DNA of 64,000 nt from Octopus vulgaris. Its lineage: Eukaryota. The notes below the pieces were generated by a model that did not search any database, was not told the DNA's origin, and saw only the letters and a program-made list of their open reading frames with translations. Below, in pieces: positions 42,640 through 56,633 of the stretch (positions within the stretch are counted from its first letter, which is position 1; the number at the start of each line of letters is the position of its first letter). Position numbers and translations under genes: made by a program. Where the stretch lies: contig OX597836.1 in NCBI GenBank assembly GCA_951406725.2, positions 49,104,001 through 49,168,000 on the forward strand, written 5' to 3'.

Positions 42640-44065
42640 TCTATAATTTGTGAGGTGCCATCCACTCTTGCCATTTTCACCACTTTCGCCCATCTTCCAA
42701 TAAACTCGCTCGAAGACAACACCTCCATCTTCACCCTCGCCTTCCTCTTCAAGTAAAGTCATTCCTCTTCAAGTAAACTCTACGAAAGAGGAATGTCTCT
42801 GGCCTTAGAATCTTCAATTTCGTCCACCACACAACCATTTTTTCTTCTGTAGCCACCAGATGGACAAAACTGTTTCCTCTGGCGGGTCAGTCATCACTAT
42901 GGACTCGGCTGATTGCCGAATTCGTCGCCAAATGAGCCCAGCTGAATGAAACTGAAAGCCAGCAATGACTGCCTGATGTATAGGTACGTGCTGAACGCTT
43001 TCCTCGTTGACTGACCCGTCTGACAGCACTTCCGTATCTGTAGAGTTCATCTTCAATCGAGTTGCGGCTCTCGGCAGCACACGGTGGCCAAGCCAACGAC
43101 TTCTGGAAATTATCCGTAGCAATCCTCGATCCGGAAATTCTCCGAGACAGACAAACGAATTATTTTACGTTGATGCCTTGAGTTCCCCCGTCAAAAGGGG
43201 TTACTCTGCCCCAGCAGTTCTGGCGAAGGCCTACAAGAATGAAATAGGAAAGTTGGAAGCAAGAAGGCTTACCTTCATCCCGAAGTAAAACTTGAAAAAG
43301 CCGATGAGGGTTTGCCCCCCGAGGGAAATGTCTGTCTCCATTCCATTTTTATCGTGTTCCTTATACAACCAATTGCCGGAGCCTGCAGAAAACGGAATGC
43401 CCTTTCAGACCAAGGAGGGGATGTGACAATCTTTACGTGGGATTCGACCAACACCTAGATCCATCCAACACGTGACAACGGCTACTCATCGCAGGCAATG
43501 GCCTTTTCTGATTGGTAGACTTTTACCATCAAGTGGCATTGCTCATCGGCAGCCATTACCAGGTCAAGAATTTTGGCAAATTATCCCTCGTCCCCATATC
43601 AGAACTCCTCCATTACACGCCAGTTAATTCATTTGGTTTTTTTTTCCTGGTGTCCTGAATATCTCTGAAGAACATCGTCGTACTGTTCCAGCGTTTGGTT
43701 TCCCGTGACTGTCTAGCGACATTCCAAATGCCGGGTGCTCGGTCTTGGTTTGCCTTTCAGCAAGGGAAACATCTCTAACTGGCTCAGCAGGGTTTCAAAT
43801 CTAAGTTATGGTAGTCTGCTCCGGTTGAGATGTCTAATCTTTTTGATATTGTCATCAAGCTTTTGAGAAAAAGGTGTCACCAATAGAATAACCCGGAGCC
43901 TCTATCTTAATCCAATACTGAGCAAAGTATTATCTGACAAAGGGCTGTTGAACCCAACCGTCCGTCATGTAATCTCTGTAGATGCCGCAGCAGACCAGTC
44001 AGTGACCTGTTGATGTAGATGGACCATTTGGCCAGTCGAATGGGGTCTTTCTGGAAGAAATGGAA
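42640..44065 (-). pseudogene. Decayed L1/Tx1-type ORF2 3' region
   Basis: Frameshifted peptides FHFFQK..LRHLQRL, SLAW..ELYRYGSAV, EESVQH, RIRQSAESIV, VVWWTKLK and RKARVKMEVLSSSEFIGRWAKV follow the order of the L1/Tx1 post-RT and zinc-finger region. Confidence 0.6.
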
Positions 44066-44073
44066 AAAAAAAA

Positions 44074-44210
44074 GCAGTGAATGGTTAAGAAGCTCGCTTT
44101 GTAACCAGGTAGTTTCAGGTTCAGTCTCACTACGCGGCACATCAGCCTCGGAGAGACCAATATCTTGTCAGTGAATTTGGTTGACGGAAACTGTGTGGAA
44201 GCTCGTCACT

Positions 44211-44297
<87 letters not shown>

Positions 44298-44368
44298 GTC
44301 TGCCTGTCTGTCTGGCTATCTGTCTGTCTGTCTGGTTGGTTGGCTGTCTGTCTGGATGTCTATCTGTC

Positions 44369-44400
<32 letters not shown>

Positions 44401-45009
44401 TGTATGTATGTATGTATGTATCGCGCGGTTAAACCATTGGGAGTGAAGGACTCCTAGCCTTTATTAGGGCATCCTTCTAAGAGAAGGTAACTCAGGTAAT
44501 TGGGATAACTCCGACATAAAAAACCTGCGGCTCAGTGGTTACCGATGATGTTGACTTGTTCTTCTTTTTGGATTATGGCTGTTGTTGCTTAGTGAGTGGG
44601 ATTGACTCATTGCACAGCCTTTCCTCACTTTAAAAAAAAATCTTGCACAGGCATTGCACGATAACAACATTGATTAAGCTTCGTGCAATGGCCATACTCG
44701 ATAACGAGGGGGCAGCCACCATGCATGTATGTATGTATGTATGTATGTATGTATGTATGTATGTATGTATGTATGTATGTATGTATGTATGTGTTTCTTT
44801 GTGTTGTATGCCCCACCACAGCTTGACAGCTAGTGTCAGTTTATTTACGTCCTCGTAACCTAGCAGTTTAGCAAAAGGAATCGATAAAATAAGTACCAGA
44901 CTTTTAAAAAAATCAAAGAAACAAGTATCGATTTGTTCGATTAAAGTCTTCAAGATGGTGCCCCAGCATGGCCACAAATTCAATGAGTGAAAGAAGTAAA
45001 AGATGAAAG
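44074..45009 (+). mobile_element. SINE family A split by an insert (44423-44722) in its internal microsatellite
   Basis: Head 44074-44210, tail 44795-45009; insert contains GGCATCCTTCTAAGAGAAGGTAACTC, resembling RTE-clade 5'UTR motifs. Confidence 0.6.
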
Positions 45010-45889
45010 CATTGGGTCCAGTTTGGTTTGGTGCAAACCGAGAAAAGGGGCCGTGACAGTCAGGGAATAATCTAGGACGGGGACGACAGAGGCGATGGTC
45101 ACGTCCGGCTGACGTTTCCAGGATAGCTTTCCCCTTAGGTTAGAAGTGACGATTGTGCTCGAAACCTCGTCCCTAGAACTACTGTCTTGCCTGCAGGTTC
45201 GAACCGAACCCAAACCTCATATTTACCTGTCATCATTTCGGAGTCGATAAATAAAGTATCAGCTTGGCAGATCCTTCCTCCCCACAGCCTCCCTCCGGCG
45301 ACTTGCGAATTACGTGAAAGTAACACTTCTTGTTTGCAGGTTCGAACCGAGCCCAATCCTCATGCAAACTTCGACTGTTTGATTCAGTGCCCCAGGAGGA
45401 ACGATAAAAAGTGAATTGAGAGGACGTGGGCGTGTGTATGTGTGCGTGTGTGTATGTGTATGTGTATGCGCGTGCGCGTACATAATTTCACCAGAGACGG
45501 TGGGAAGGCGGGGAGTTGGTCAAACAACTGAATGCTTATTGATGTAATCGAAGGAGAATTGAACTCTGTGTTCTGTTTAGATATATGTCCAAAGTGTTAC
45601 ATATGTATATATATGCATACACATATACATGTTTGTATGTACGTATATATATGTGTGTGTGTGTGTGTATGTATATAGTATTCAAACCACGTGTTTCTGG
45701 CATGTGTATCAGAAAAAAAGAGAAAGAGAAAGAGAGAAAGACAGAGACAGACAGACAGACAGACAACTTCTGTTTGTGCGCGAGGGAGAGAGAGAGGGGG
45801 GGAGAGAGAGAGTTCTCGTGTGTTCGTTGTCCGTGTTTGTTTACTTGGAAAGAAAAGTCGTGATTCCGGGTGGGTGTAGTTGACATAAC

Positions 45890-46370
45890 GTGGTGCTATT
45901 ATCTAACTCCCTCCTCTATCAGCAGCCACGTGGTATCGGGGTAGCTGTTTACATGGGGTGGATCGTCGTAGATCGCAGCAACTGATTGGGGTAGTTCTAG
46001 ATAGGCGTGGCTAATCTGACTGCTGACTATAGGGGTGGATCGGGATAGGAATGTTCCGCTGCTGTTTTGGGTGGCTACTGATTAGAAAGTTAGTTGCTAA
46101 TAAGGGTGGCTGCTGAATGGCGTGTGTTGGAGGAGGTAGGCGCACTGGAAAGGGGCGTGTCTTTCAGTATCAGCGATTACTGTTAAATATCGCTGCTGAC
46201 AAGGGTGGCTGAGAATATAGCTAGTTGCTGATAGGGATAACTGTTGATATGGCCATGGTGGGAGTGGCTTATGATAGTCTGATGACAGGCTTGGCTACCG
46301 ATACAGTTTCTTGTTGATTAGTTTACTAATAACAGCTGTTAAAAGGGGTGGAGCCGTTGATAAGGGGTTT
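45890..46370. repeat. Decayed G-rich minisatellite, unit about 15-16 bp
   Basis: Recurrent variants of AGGGGTGGCTGCTGAT, e.g. GGGTGGCTACTGATTAG, AAGGGTGGCTGCTGAA, AGGGATAACTGTTGAT, GGGGTGGAGCCGTTGAT. Confidence 0.55.
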
Positions 46371-47218
46371 ATATATATATGTAAAAGTGGAGATAAGCCA
46401 CGCTTGTTTAACGCCACGTCAACCATCAACGAAATAACTTTATGATCAAAGGCATTCCAAACGTGACCATCTAGTATTTTTGTATATTTTAGGCACTACA
46501 TTGTTCAATGTATATCTAGTAAGGTCAACAGCTCCCTATTTGAATCGGTCATGATATCACAAAACTTGATTTTAAAGTTACTTAATAGATCCTCGGTGGT
46601 GCTCAAGTCAGACTTGGCCTCGGCCAATTTTTGGTTGAACTATGTTATCTAAGTTTAAGAGTAATTTGGCTGTTATTTCTAGCAGGCTAAGCTATTTATT
46701 TCAGTTTCCTCCCGTTGTTGCTGATGGTGATAGCTGCTGTTAGGGGTAAGTTTTGTCAAGGGTGGAAGAAGTGTTCTGACAATAGACGGGTGGTTTACAA
46801 AGCCCGTTTAGCTTCAGGTCACCGTTAACAAAGGAGGCGAAATAGCAGAGTCGTTAAAGCGTCGGACAGAAATGGTTCGTGATAGTCGTTCCGACTCTCG
46901 GCCCTATGAGTTCAAATCCCGCCGAAGCATGCTTTGCCGATTAATTTTTCGAGGTCGATAAAAAATAAAAAGAACCACCAAACTAAGACTGTGTAATGAC
47001 GTAGTGTTTGTTTCACTTCTTTGCATTCAGAGTTCAAATCCCGCTATGGTATATTTGGTTTGTAGATTAAACCCGTTACCCTGGGTACTTTCGGTGAAGT
47101 ATACACACCGTTGCGAGCATTTGGGCAAGCTTACCGGTCGGAGGATACTTTCCTTCCCCCACCCCACCCCCGCTCGAATCGGACTCTGAGGAGCTTCGTG
47201 GGTACCGCTCACCTTCTT

Positions 47219-47434
47219 ACTCTTTTTTTACTCTTTTACCCGTTTTAGTCATTTGACTGCGACCATGCTGGAGCACCGCCTTTACTCGAACAAATCGACC
47301 CCAGGACTTATTCTTTCTAAGCCTAGTACTTATTCTATCGGACTCTTTCGCCGAATCGCTAAGTTTCGGGAACATAAACACACCAACATCAGTTGTCAAG
47401 CGATGGTGGGGGAGACAAACACAGACACAAAGAT

Positions 47435-47495
<61 letters not shown>

Positions 47496-47644
47496 CGACG
47501 GGCTTCTTTCAGTTTCCATCACAAGGCTTTGGTCGGCCCGAGGCAATAGCAGAAGACACTTGCCCAAGGTGTCACACAGTGGGACTGAACCCGGAACCAT
47601 GTGGTTGAGAAGCAAGCTTTTTACCACACAGCCACTCCTGCGTC
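47219..47644 (-). mobile_element. SINE family A, full length
   Basis: Reverse complement of 61459-61860. Confidence 0.85.
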
Positions 47645-49701
47645 TTGAGTAAAAGATTAAAAAAACATCAGTTAAATCTATGATGAAAGGCGTTCCAGCC
47701 GTGACTATCCCATCATATATTTTTATATATTTGTGGACAAGATTATTCACTGTGCCTTTCCTGTTATTTAAGTCGAAAGAATATGATTAAGTGACATTTG
47801 ACTGCTACTTCTAGCCGGTCGAAATATCGGGCGGGTAGAAGCGCCCCAGATATCAGGTGACACAAAGACAATTACTGTTACGGGTGAGAGCGCAGACGAC
47901 CGGATAACCCGGGTGGTATCGAATGGCAAAACTAAACGATGAGCACCTCGTACCCTATCACCGGCAGATCATGGTTGTCGCTGTTGTTATTTAACCCCAG
48001 GCTAAAATACACCTGATGAAGTAGAATTGTGACCAAAGGTAATCCAACCGTGACTATCACAAATTAAGTTAAGGAAGAAAGGTCATTGGAATGACCCGAT
48101 GGGTGGGTGGGAGGTAGCATACCCTGAAAGCAGAGCTTTACCCAAAAGCTTGCGAGAGAGTGAAGACCACCACTAATGGTGCTCCAGGCCCCGGCTGGGG
48201 ATATTAAACTGGGCAATGAATGAAGTTCACTACATAACAATTCAGAGACTCAAAGCTCTGGCTTTAATACCACAAGGTATCTCGTCCCACAAACAGTCAA
48301 ACAATTCTTTTCAAACCACCGCCTAAGACTGGTCATTTGTTACATAGGTCCCCAATGAGTTGACTTCAGCCGGATTTGAACTCGGAGTGCTGAGAACCGG
48401 GAATAAATAAATTCGAAACGTCCTGCCTCTAGCCCTAGCACTTCCGCTAATCTACCACCCTGTAAGACTGGTACTTTGCTGTTCTTTTTACCCCTAGAAT
48501 AATGTACAGTAAAATTGAACTTAGCAGGATTTGAACTCAGAACGTAGAGAACCGGACACAAACAGCGCAAGGCATCCAGTACTTCTGCCAATCTGCCACC
48601 CCAGAACCACATATGTCTCCTGCGTTTGTTAAGATGATGCGGTGTATTGTGAGTGAGATTTATCTGTTGTTTCTAGCAGGTCAAGCAAGCGACCATCTAG
48701 AGGCCTTTGTCGTGGACTGACCACCGACATCTGTCGTCCATCTAACTCAGTAGCATAGCTCAGTGGAGGCGAGGAGACGCTTGCATTGTGGTGGTACTTT
48801 TGGGTCTGCCATATAAACCTGTATAGGCTTGGGGCCCTGCGGAGTGGTGAGTAACTTAAGGACTGTCCCGGGCCCCACACACCCTAGGTGCGTCACTGGG
48901 GAGACTGCACAGTGAGGCACAACAGGAGAAGGTTTCATTTATACTTTATATCTTTTTTCTTTTACCCTTGATTTCACCTGACTGGACATTGGTCACGCTA
49001 TTGATTTCTGCTCATACAAGCGCTAAGTTAAATTTTTTTGCCCATAAGGGACTCAACTCTCCATTATATAAACCTAACTATTCCGAAACCCTATCCCTGT
49101 CTGCGCCCTTTCGGCTCAGACAATCACACAATACCACATCACCTCCTACTCACCGATACAATGGCGATTCAAGTCGGCTCAAATTTATACCCCATAACCC
49201 TGTCAGTACACGTACTTCGCCCCACACCAGCTAGAAACCGATAAGCGAGTGACTCGGACTGTATCGTTGGGCTCAACTCGGTCTCTCAGGTCCCGCAACT
49301 GCATGACAACTGTTCACACAAAACAACACATCCTACAGGCGCCCGGAGAATCTCACCTATTCCTTAGAAATGGGCAGCGATGCAGCTCTTGTAAGAGTGT
49401 GCAAATGACCCCTTCGTGTGTTACATGACCCTCAGACTTTCCAGCTCATAAAACTACAGCCAAACTTGGAATAGCTCCCTTTTCTCCTCTTCTAAATAAA
49501 GCTGGTTCTGTAAGCTGTACCCCGGGAAGAAATATTCCGCCTTCACTGTCCGCTCTACATCCAAGTTCACTCTTTTATGCACCGAACTCCTTAATTACAC
49601 CCCCTTCGACGTTCATAGGAATAGATGCTGATAGAGGAATTTGACTGGGTGATGACAGGGGTACCGTGTTGATGGAGGCAGTGGTTGATACACACATACA
49701 C

Positions 49702-49734
<33 letters not shown>

Positions 49735-49798
49735 CATACATACATATACATGTGTATGTATGTGTGTGTGTATGTGTGTGTGTGTGTGTATGTATTAT

Positions 49799-50160
49799 CT
49801 TTTGCTTGTATCAATCATTGGACTGCGGTCATGCTGTAGCAAAGCCTAGAAAGGGTTCAGATGAGCAAATCGATCCATCTATTTATTTTCGAAGCCTAGT
49901 ACTTATTCTATCGGTTTTTTTTTTGTCGAACCGCTAAGTTACGGGGGCCATACACAAACCAACACCTGCTGTTGTGCAGTATGACACACCCACACACACA
50001 TACGCGCGCGTGCGCACACCAACCAAATCCATTCACAAAGATTTGGGTCGGTCCGAGGCTGTAGTAGAAAACACTTGCCCAAGACACAACGCAGTAGTAA
50101 TGAATCTGGAACCATGAGGTTGGTAAGCCAGCAAACCTCTTGGCACCCGGCCACGCCTGC
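49799..50160 (-). mobile_element. SINE family A, diverged
   Basis: Colinear with the family; further partial copies at 22000-22196, 34907-35065, 37590-37790, 51089-51243, 51403-51553 and 63395-63500. Confidence 0.7.
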
Positions 50161-50379
50161 TTAATTGAACTCCCAGCCCGCTTTATGCGCAAAACGAAAA
50201 TGAACTGAGAGAAGTAGCCATTGGCATTGACATAAAACGTATCTATGAAATAGCATTCTTCATTTGTGGAAATTATCATCGATTCAAGAGAAGAAATAAA
50301 CAAATACCTAGTGGAATTGATGACGGAGAAAGACTGAGTCAGATTGCCTGCGGACTGGAGAAAGAGCTTCTGTACGAAC

Positions 50380-50412
<33 letters not shown>

Positions 50413-50645
50413 AGCGGTGGTGCCCCAGCATAGCCGCGGTCTTCGGGCTGAAACATTTTTAAGGATTTTCAGAATATATATATATATATATATACATATA
50501 TATATACACACAAACACACACACATATATAGATATATACACACGCATATACCCACACATATATATATACATATATACCATAGAAAGATTTTGGCCATGTC
50601 TAACTTAAAAGCACCACCTGACTAACATATGTAGTACATATGTAG

Positions 50646-50679
<34 letters not shown>

Positions 50680-51015
50680 TTGGACACAGGCACACCGACA
50701 TACTGGCACAACCGCGCGCGCACACACACATGTTCGTAGAGAAGCTCTTTGTCCAGTCCGCAGGCAATCTGACTTTTACTTTTAGCCATGTTCTAAGTTT
50801 GGAGGAATCTTCATTCAAGTGATTATTTCCTCTCTCTAATTGGGTCCCTCAGATGGTGGGTAAACTGGAGGACCTGTCCCGGTCCCCAAACACTCCAGCA
50901 GCGTCACTGGGTTAACTGTAAAATGAGGCACAACCGGGGACACGACTTACACCCTCAGTCTTTCTCCGTCATCAATTCCACTAGGTATTTGTTTATTTCT
51001 TCTCTTGAATCGATG

Positions 51016-51091
<76 letters not shown>

Positions 51092-51242
51092 CACATATGG
51101 TAAGTAGCTTGCTTACCAATCACATGGTTCTGGTTTCAGTCCGACTACGTGGCACCTTGGGCAAGTGTCTTTTACAATATCTTCGAGCCGATCAAAGCCT
51201 TGAAAGTAGATTTGGTAGGCGGAAACTGAAAGAAGCACGTCG

Positions 51243-51290
<48 letters not shown>

Positions 51291-51304
51291 TGTATGTATG
51301 TATG

Positions 51305-51406
<102 letters not shown>

Positions 51407-51640
51407 GTTGTGTCGTAAGTAGCTTGCTTACCAACCACATGGTTCGGTTCATCACTGCGTGGCAGTTTAGGCAAGTGTCTTCTACTATAGCCTCGGGCCA
51501 ATAAAACCTTTTGAGTAGATTTGGTAGACGGAAACTGAAAGAAACCCGTCGTATACCTAACCTGGAACTTAACTATGGTCTGTCTATAGCACTTATTCAG
51601 CATTACCTGACACCTTTGGGGCTCAATGACACCATTACCT

Positions 51641-51709
<69 letters not shown>

Positions 51710-51778
51710 ACTTATACATATATATATATGTAATGCATAGGCATATATATATAAGTATATATATATATATATATATAT

Positions 51779-51904
51779 ACCAGAGTAAGCACATAAATGC
51801 GAACAAGGTGGAAATAATAGTACTCGAATACCAGAGGTAGAGTAAATATGCTTTATTAAAAAGCAACAAAAATATCACAAAAGCTGTTACTCAGAGTTTC
51901 ACGT
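51779..51904 (-). mobile_element. 3' fragment of an HHR-bearing element, truncated inside the ribozyme
   Basis: Minus strand begins ACGU-GAAAC-UCUGA-GUA-ACAG (same family as the 35071-35219 arms) and ends in (TA)n. Confidence 0.6.
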
Positions 51905-51906
51905 AT

Positions 51907-51940
<34 letters not shown>

Positions 51941-51972
51941 GTGTGTGTATATATATATATATATGTTTATGT

Positions 51973-52036
<64 letters not shown>

Positions 52037-52528
52037 ATACCATTCGCCATGATAGATCGCTAGCCACGACTCATTCTTTATTTTCTCTTCTTGTTTCTTT
52101 CTTTGTTTCTCTCTGTGGAAGAGCGTAGGCTCGAAACGTGAAATACTTTTTCACTTCCCGAGCGATAAACCAATACACCTGTTTGTTGTCTACGCTACCT
52201 GTCTTCGCCTTTTGTCTTTCTTGTGAATTCTCTCCATACATACAAACATATATACATACATACATATATAAATATATACAAATATGTATTATATATACAT
52301 ATATTTACACACATACACACACAGATATATATATTCACCCCACCACCATCGCTATCGCCACCTCAGGCAGTAATAATTATACTAACAACCACAACAGCAA
52401 CAACAACAACGAGGACGAGATGCAAGCCATCGCACTCGTATGACCTAGTTACTTTGTCTTTTAATATTGTTGTTGTTGTTCTTTATTCTTTGCGTTACCA
52501 CGTGTAGATATGGCAACAAAATCGTAAT

Positions 52529-52570
<42 letters not shown>

Positions 52571-52893
52571 CTCTTCTGTCAACGCTGCTGCCGCTGCTGC
52601 CGCTGCTGCTTTCTTGTGATAAATCATCATATAACTTCCAGTATCAATAGCGCTAACAACAACAACAACGTCACCATCACCCCACCACCATCACCCCACC
52701 ACCATCGCTATCGCCACCTCAGGCAGTAATAATTATACTAACAACCACAACAGCAACAACAACAACGAGGACGGTGAAATTCTAAACATTTTCGATGTTT
52801 GGAATTATGGTTTCGAAGTTTGACATTTTTAAAAATTTATTTTCCTTGTGTCCTCCATCATTGCCCGGTCATCCATCTCGATTTACGCTCATC

Positions 52894-52927
<34 letters not shown>

Positions 52928-53634
52928 CTCTCTCTATCTCTCTCACCCTCTCCATTCTGTGTGCTTCGAATTCATAATTGAATCTCTCCTCACCTCTCAT
53001 CGCCGTGCCATACCTGCAAATCGCTTTTTACTCTATTCGTAAATAAGTCATAGACTGGCGATTCATTCGCCCCTCGTTCGATTCACGTGTGAAGTTGCTA
53101 AACCAAAAGAAAAAAAAATGCCTAAAAATCGGTATCCCTCATTCGTGAATGGTTTTAGATGCAGATTGTCTCGCCTGGCTATAAATTTCAGGTGTTTTAA
53201 CACCCAGCGCTATGAGGCGTGGGGGGGGGGGTCATCCCCACAGCGCTAAGCCGCAGCAGCGTACCGGAGAACAAGCAAGACGTATATATTGAATATATAC
53301 AATGGATAATATATACAATAATAACTATATGATTAGATACCATAACAACAGACAACAACGTCACCATCACCCCACCACCATCACCCCACCACCATCGCTA
53401 TCGCCACCTCAGGCAGTAATAATTATACTAACAACCACAACAGCAAAAAAAATGCATTAAAAATGGAAGAAAAATGATGGTAAATTATTTTTTAAATCGT
53501 TGACTCATAGTAGACATTTTTAGAGAGTTACTTCCCTTATATAATAGCGAAAAAATGCATTAAAATGGAAAAATTTATTTTCCTTGTGTCCTCCATCATT
53601 GCCCGGTCATCCATCTCGATTTACGCTCATCTTC

Positions 53635-53675
<41 letters not shown>

Positions 53676-53769
53676 CTCTCTCTATCTCTCTCACCCTCTC
53701 CAGTCTGTGTGCTCATCATTTCTCAGTCAATTGTTTATATATAAATGTCGCTTTACATCGAAGTATATA

Positions 53770-53861
<92 letters not shown>

Positions 53862-54080
53862 TAACGCAAAACATCCATAAAGACGATACAAAAAACACGG
53901 ACGGGTCATTCGTAAACTTTAATCTTCAGTCAAGAACCGGATCATCCTCGCAATTTCGGCTGATTAATCTTGAGATTGCCCCAATCTGGCCAGCCCCAAG
54001 GAAAAACTAAGCTAATAGCATTAGATTCCTTTGAAAAAGGATCGAATGTATACGAAACAAGGACGGAAAAACGGACGATG

Positions 54081-54611
<531 letters not shown>

Positions 54612-54747
54612 GTATATATATATTGTTTTATATTCGTGTAACATCGTATTATTATGATATATTATCATATAGTTTTTATTGTATAAAAGACTTTCATAGT
54701 TACTTTGTCTCCGTGACTTACAAAGCCTTTTAGTTTGTTTACAAATC

Positions 54748-54804
<57 letters not shown>

Positions 54805-54861
54805 GAAAGTAAAAGACAGACAGACAGACAGACAGACATATATATATATATATATATATAT

Positions 54862-54925
<64 letters not shown>

Positions 54926-55127
54926 GTAGATTTAAATAGAGAGAAGTAATGGCTTTCTACCTATTTATTTATTGTAGGCTTACAGCTGTTTCAGATATGC
55001 ATTTCGATGCGTTCCTGGTTCCGATGACCGCTGGAAACATAGGGAACGATCCTCACAATGATAACTTTTCCAGAACGATAACAAATCAATTGCCAAAGAA
55101 CAATTCATGCACACACACACACACACA

Positions 55128-55934
55128 TGTTTCAGTCATTTGACTGCGGCCATGCTGGATGGAGCACAGCCTTTTAGTTGAACAAATCGACTATTCTATC
55201 GGTATCTTTTGCCGAACCGCTAAATTACGGGGACATTAACAGACAAACAAACATATACATACATACATATATATATGTATGTATGTATGTATATGTAATA
55301 TACAGGAAATCCATATATAGAACCAGCTATCTTCGTTGAAGGAACAATTCTGAAGGTAGTAGACAAGTTTGTCTACCTGGGCAGCACACTCAGCCGTTCT
55401 TGCTCCCTGGATGAGGAAATATCTTTCAGGTTGCAGAGAGCAACTAATTCCTTCCGGTCTCTTCAGTCTCGTGTCTGGTCCCAACATGGCATCGCAAGGA
55501 GAACAAAAGTTGCTGTGTACCGTGCTTGTGCACTGACGTCGCTTCTCTACTCATGTGAGACATGGACTCTGTACAAACGTCAGGTAAGGGTCCTTGAACG
55601 TTTTCATCAGAGATGTCTCAGACACATTCTCAATGTTGGCTGGACCTCAAAAATTCCAGACATACAGATCATGAGGACAGCTGATATCTTGAGTATTGAG
55701 GCGATGGGGCACAAGCACCGGTTGCGTTGGACTGGACACCTTATTCGAATGAAGGATAGAAGGATTCCTAAGCAGATGCTCTATGGAGAACTTGTGAATG
55801 GAAGGAGACTCCGGCAGAAACCAAGGCTGCGATTTAAGGACTGTGTCAAGTTCTCATTAAAGGCCTGTTATATGCATACATACATACATATATATATATA
55901 TGTATATATATGAGAACAAAGTGTACGTACACCG

Positions 55935-55968
<34 letters not shown>

Positions 55969-56121
55969 GACGGGCTTCTTTCAGTTTCCATCTACCAAAT
56001 CTACTCACAAGGCTTTAGTCGACTCGAGCGTATAGTAGAAAACACTTGTCCAAGTCCCACGCAGTGGGATTGAACCCAGAATCATATGGTTGGAAAGCAA
56101 GCTCCTTACCACACAGCCACG
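55128..56121 (-). mobile_element. SINE family A split by an RTE fragment
   Basis: 3' half 55128-55250 and 5' half 55966-56121 flank the RTE piece, which lies within the internal microsatellite. Confidence 0.75.
55302..55868 (+). pseudogene. RTE-clade LINE reverse transcriptase C-terminal fragment
   Basis: Stop-free frame: VVDKFVYLGSTLS...LDEEISFRLQRA..TKVAVYRAC.LTSLLYSCETWT...LERFHQRCLRHIL...RLRWTGHLIRM.D.RIPKQMLYGEL..G.R....PRLRFKD. Confidence 0.92.
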
Positions 56122-56261
56122 ATTTACCAAAATTACATAAAAACATCTTGAAATAGTAAAGAGTAAATTTATTCAATAAAATTACCTTTGGCTTTAACTG
56201 CACCTTCCACACTACTTTGGAATCTCCAGTAACTCTTCTGGACGGTCTCCATGTTTACGTT

Positions 56262-56633
56262 GGTTTATGATGCCATAATCCTTGCCTCCAGTTCAAATTT
56301 GGTGTTACAAGGAGTTTTGTTGGTCTCTTGTCAACTGCGCACCATATATAATAATCAAGGATGTTGCAAGTCTGGGGAGTTAGGTGGCCAGATGTTAGGG
56401 GTGGTGTGGTCGTAGCCATGACTGGGTTCTCCTGCCCACTTGGTATGATGATGAGTCCGGTTACCAGACATAGGGTCTTCCAGCAGCTACCCTCTTCACC
56501 CAGGGCAACACTACCTCCTCCAGGCATTTGATGTAGGCCTTCGTGTTGAGTCTGAGACCGTGTGGGAAGTTGGATGGAGGCATAACATCGCTATCCAAAC
56601 ACCATGGTGTTGACCGGATGTTTGATTTTTATC
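56262..56633 (-). pseudogene. Tc1/mariner superfamily transposase fragment (maT/DD37D-like)
   Basis: With frameshifts and a stop: KHPVNTMVFG..VMPP..FPHGLRLNTKAYIKCLEEVVLPWVKRVAAGRPYVW*PDS...NIWPPNSPD.NILDYYIW. Confidence 0.85.

Noticed and set aside
50775-50953. Segment missing from the inverted copy looked like a spliced intron (GTAAGT near one end, AG at the other, minus strand)
   Set aside because: The junction is 3 nt off the GT donor and there is no polypyrimidine tract; a microhomology deletion fits better
53900-54010. GGCUG/CAGCC stem followed by GAAA, with a nearby CUGAAGA, on the minus strand of a TA-flanked element
   Set aside because: Core elements are in the wrong order or missing; no complete hammerhead could be built
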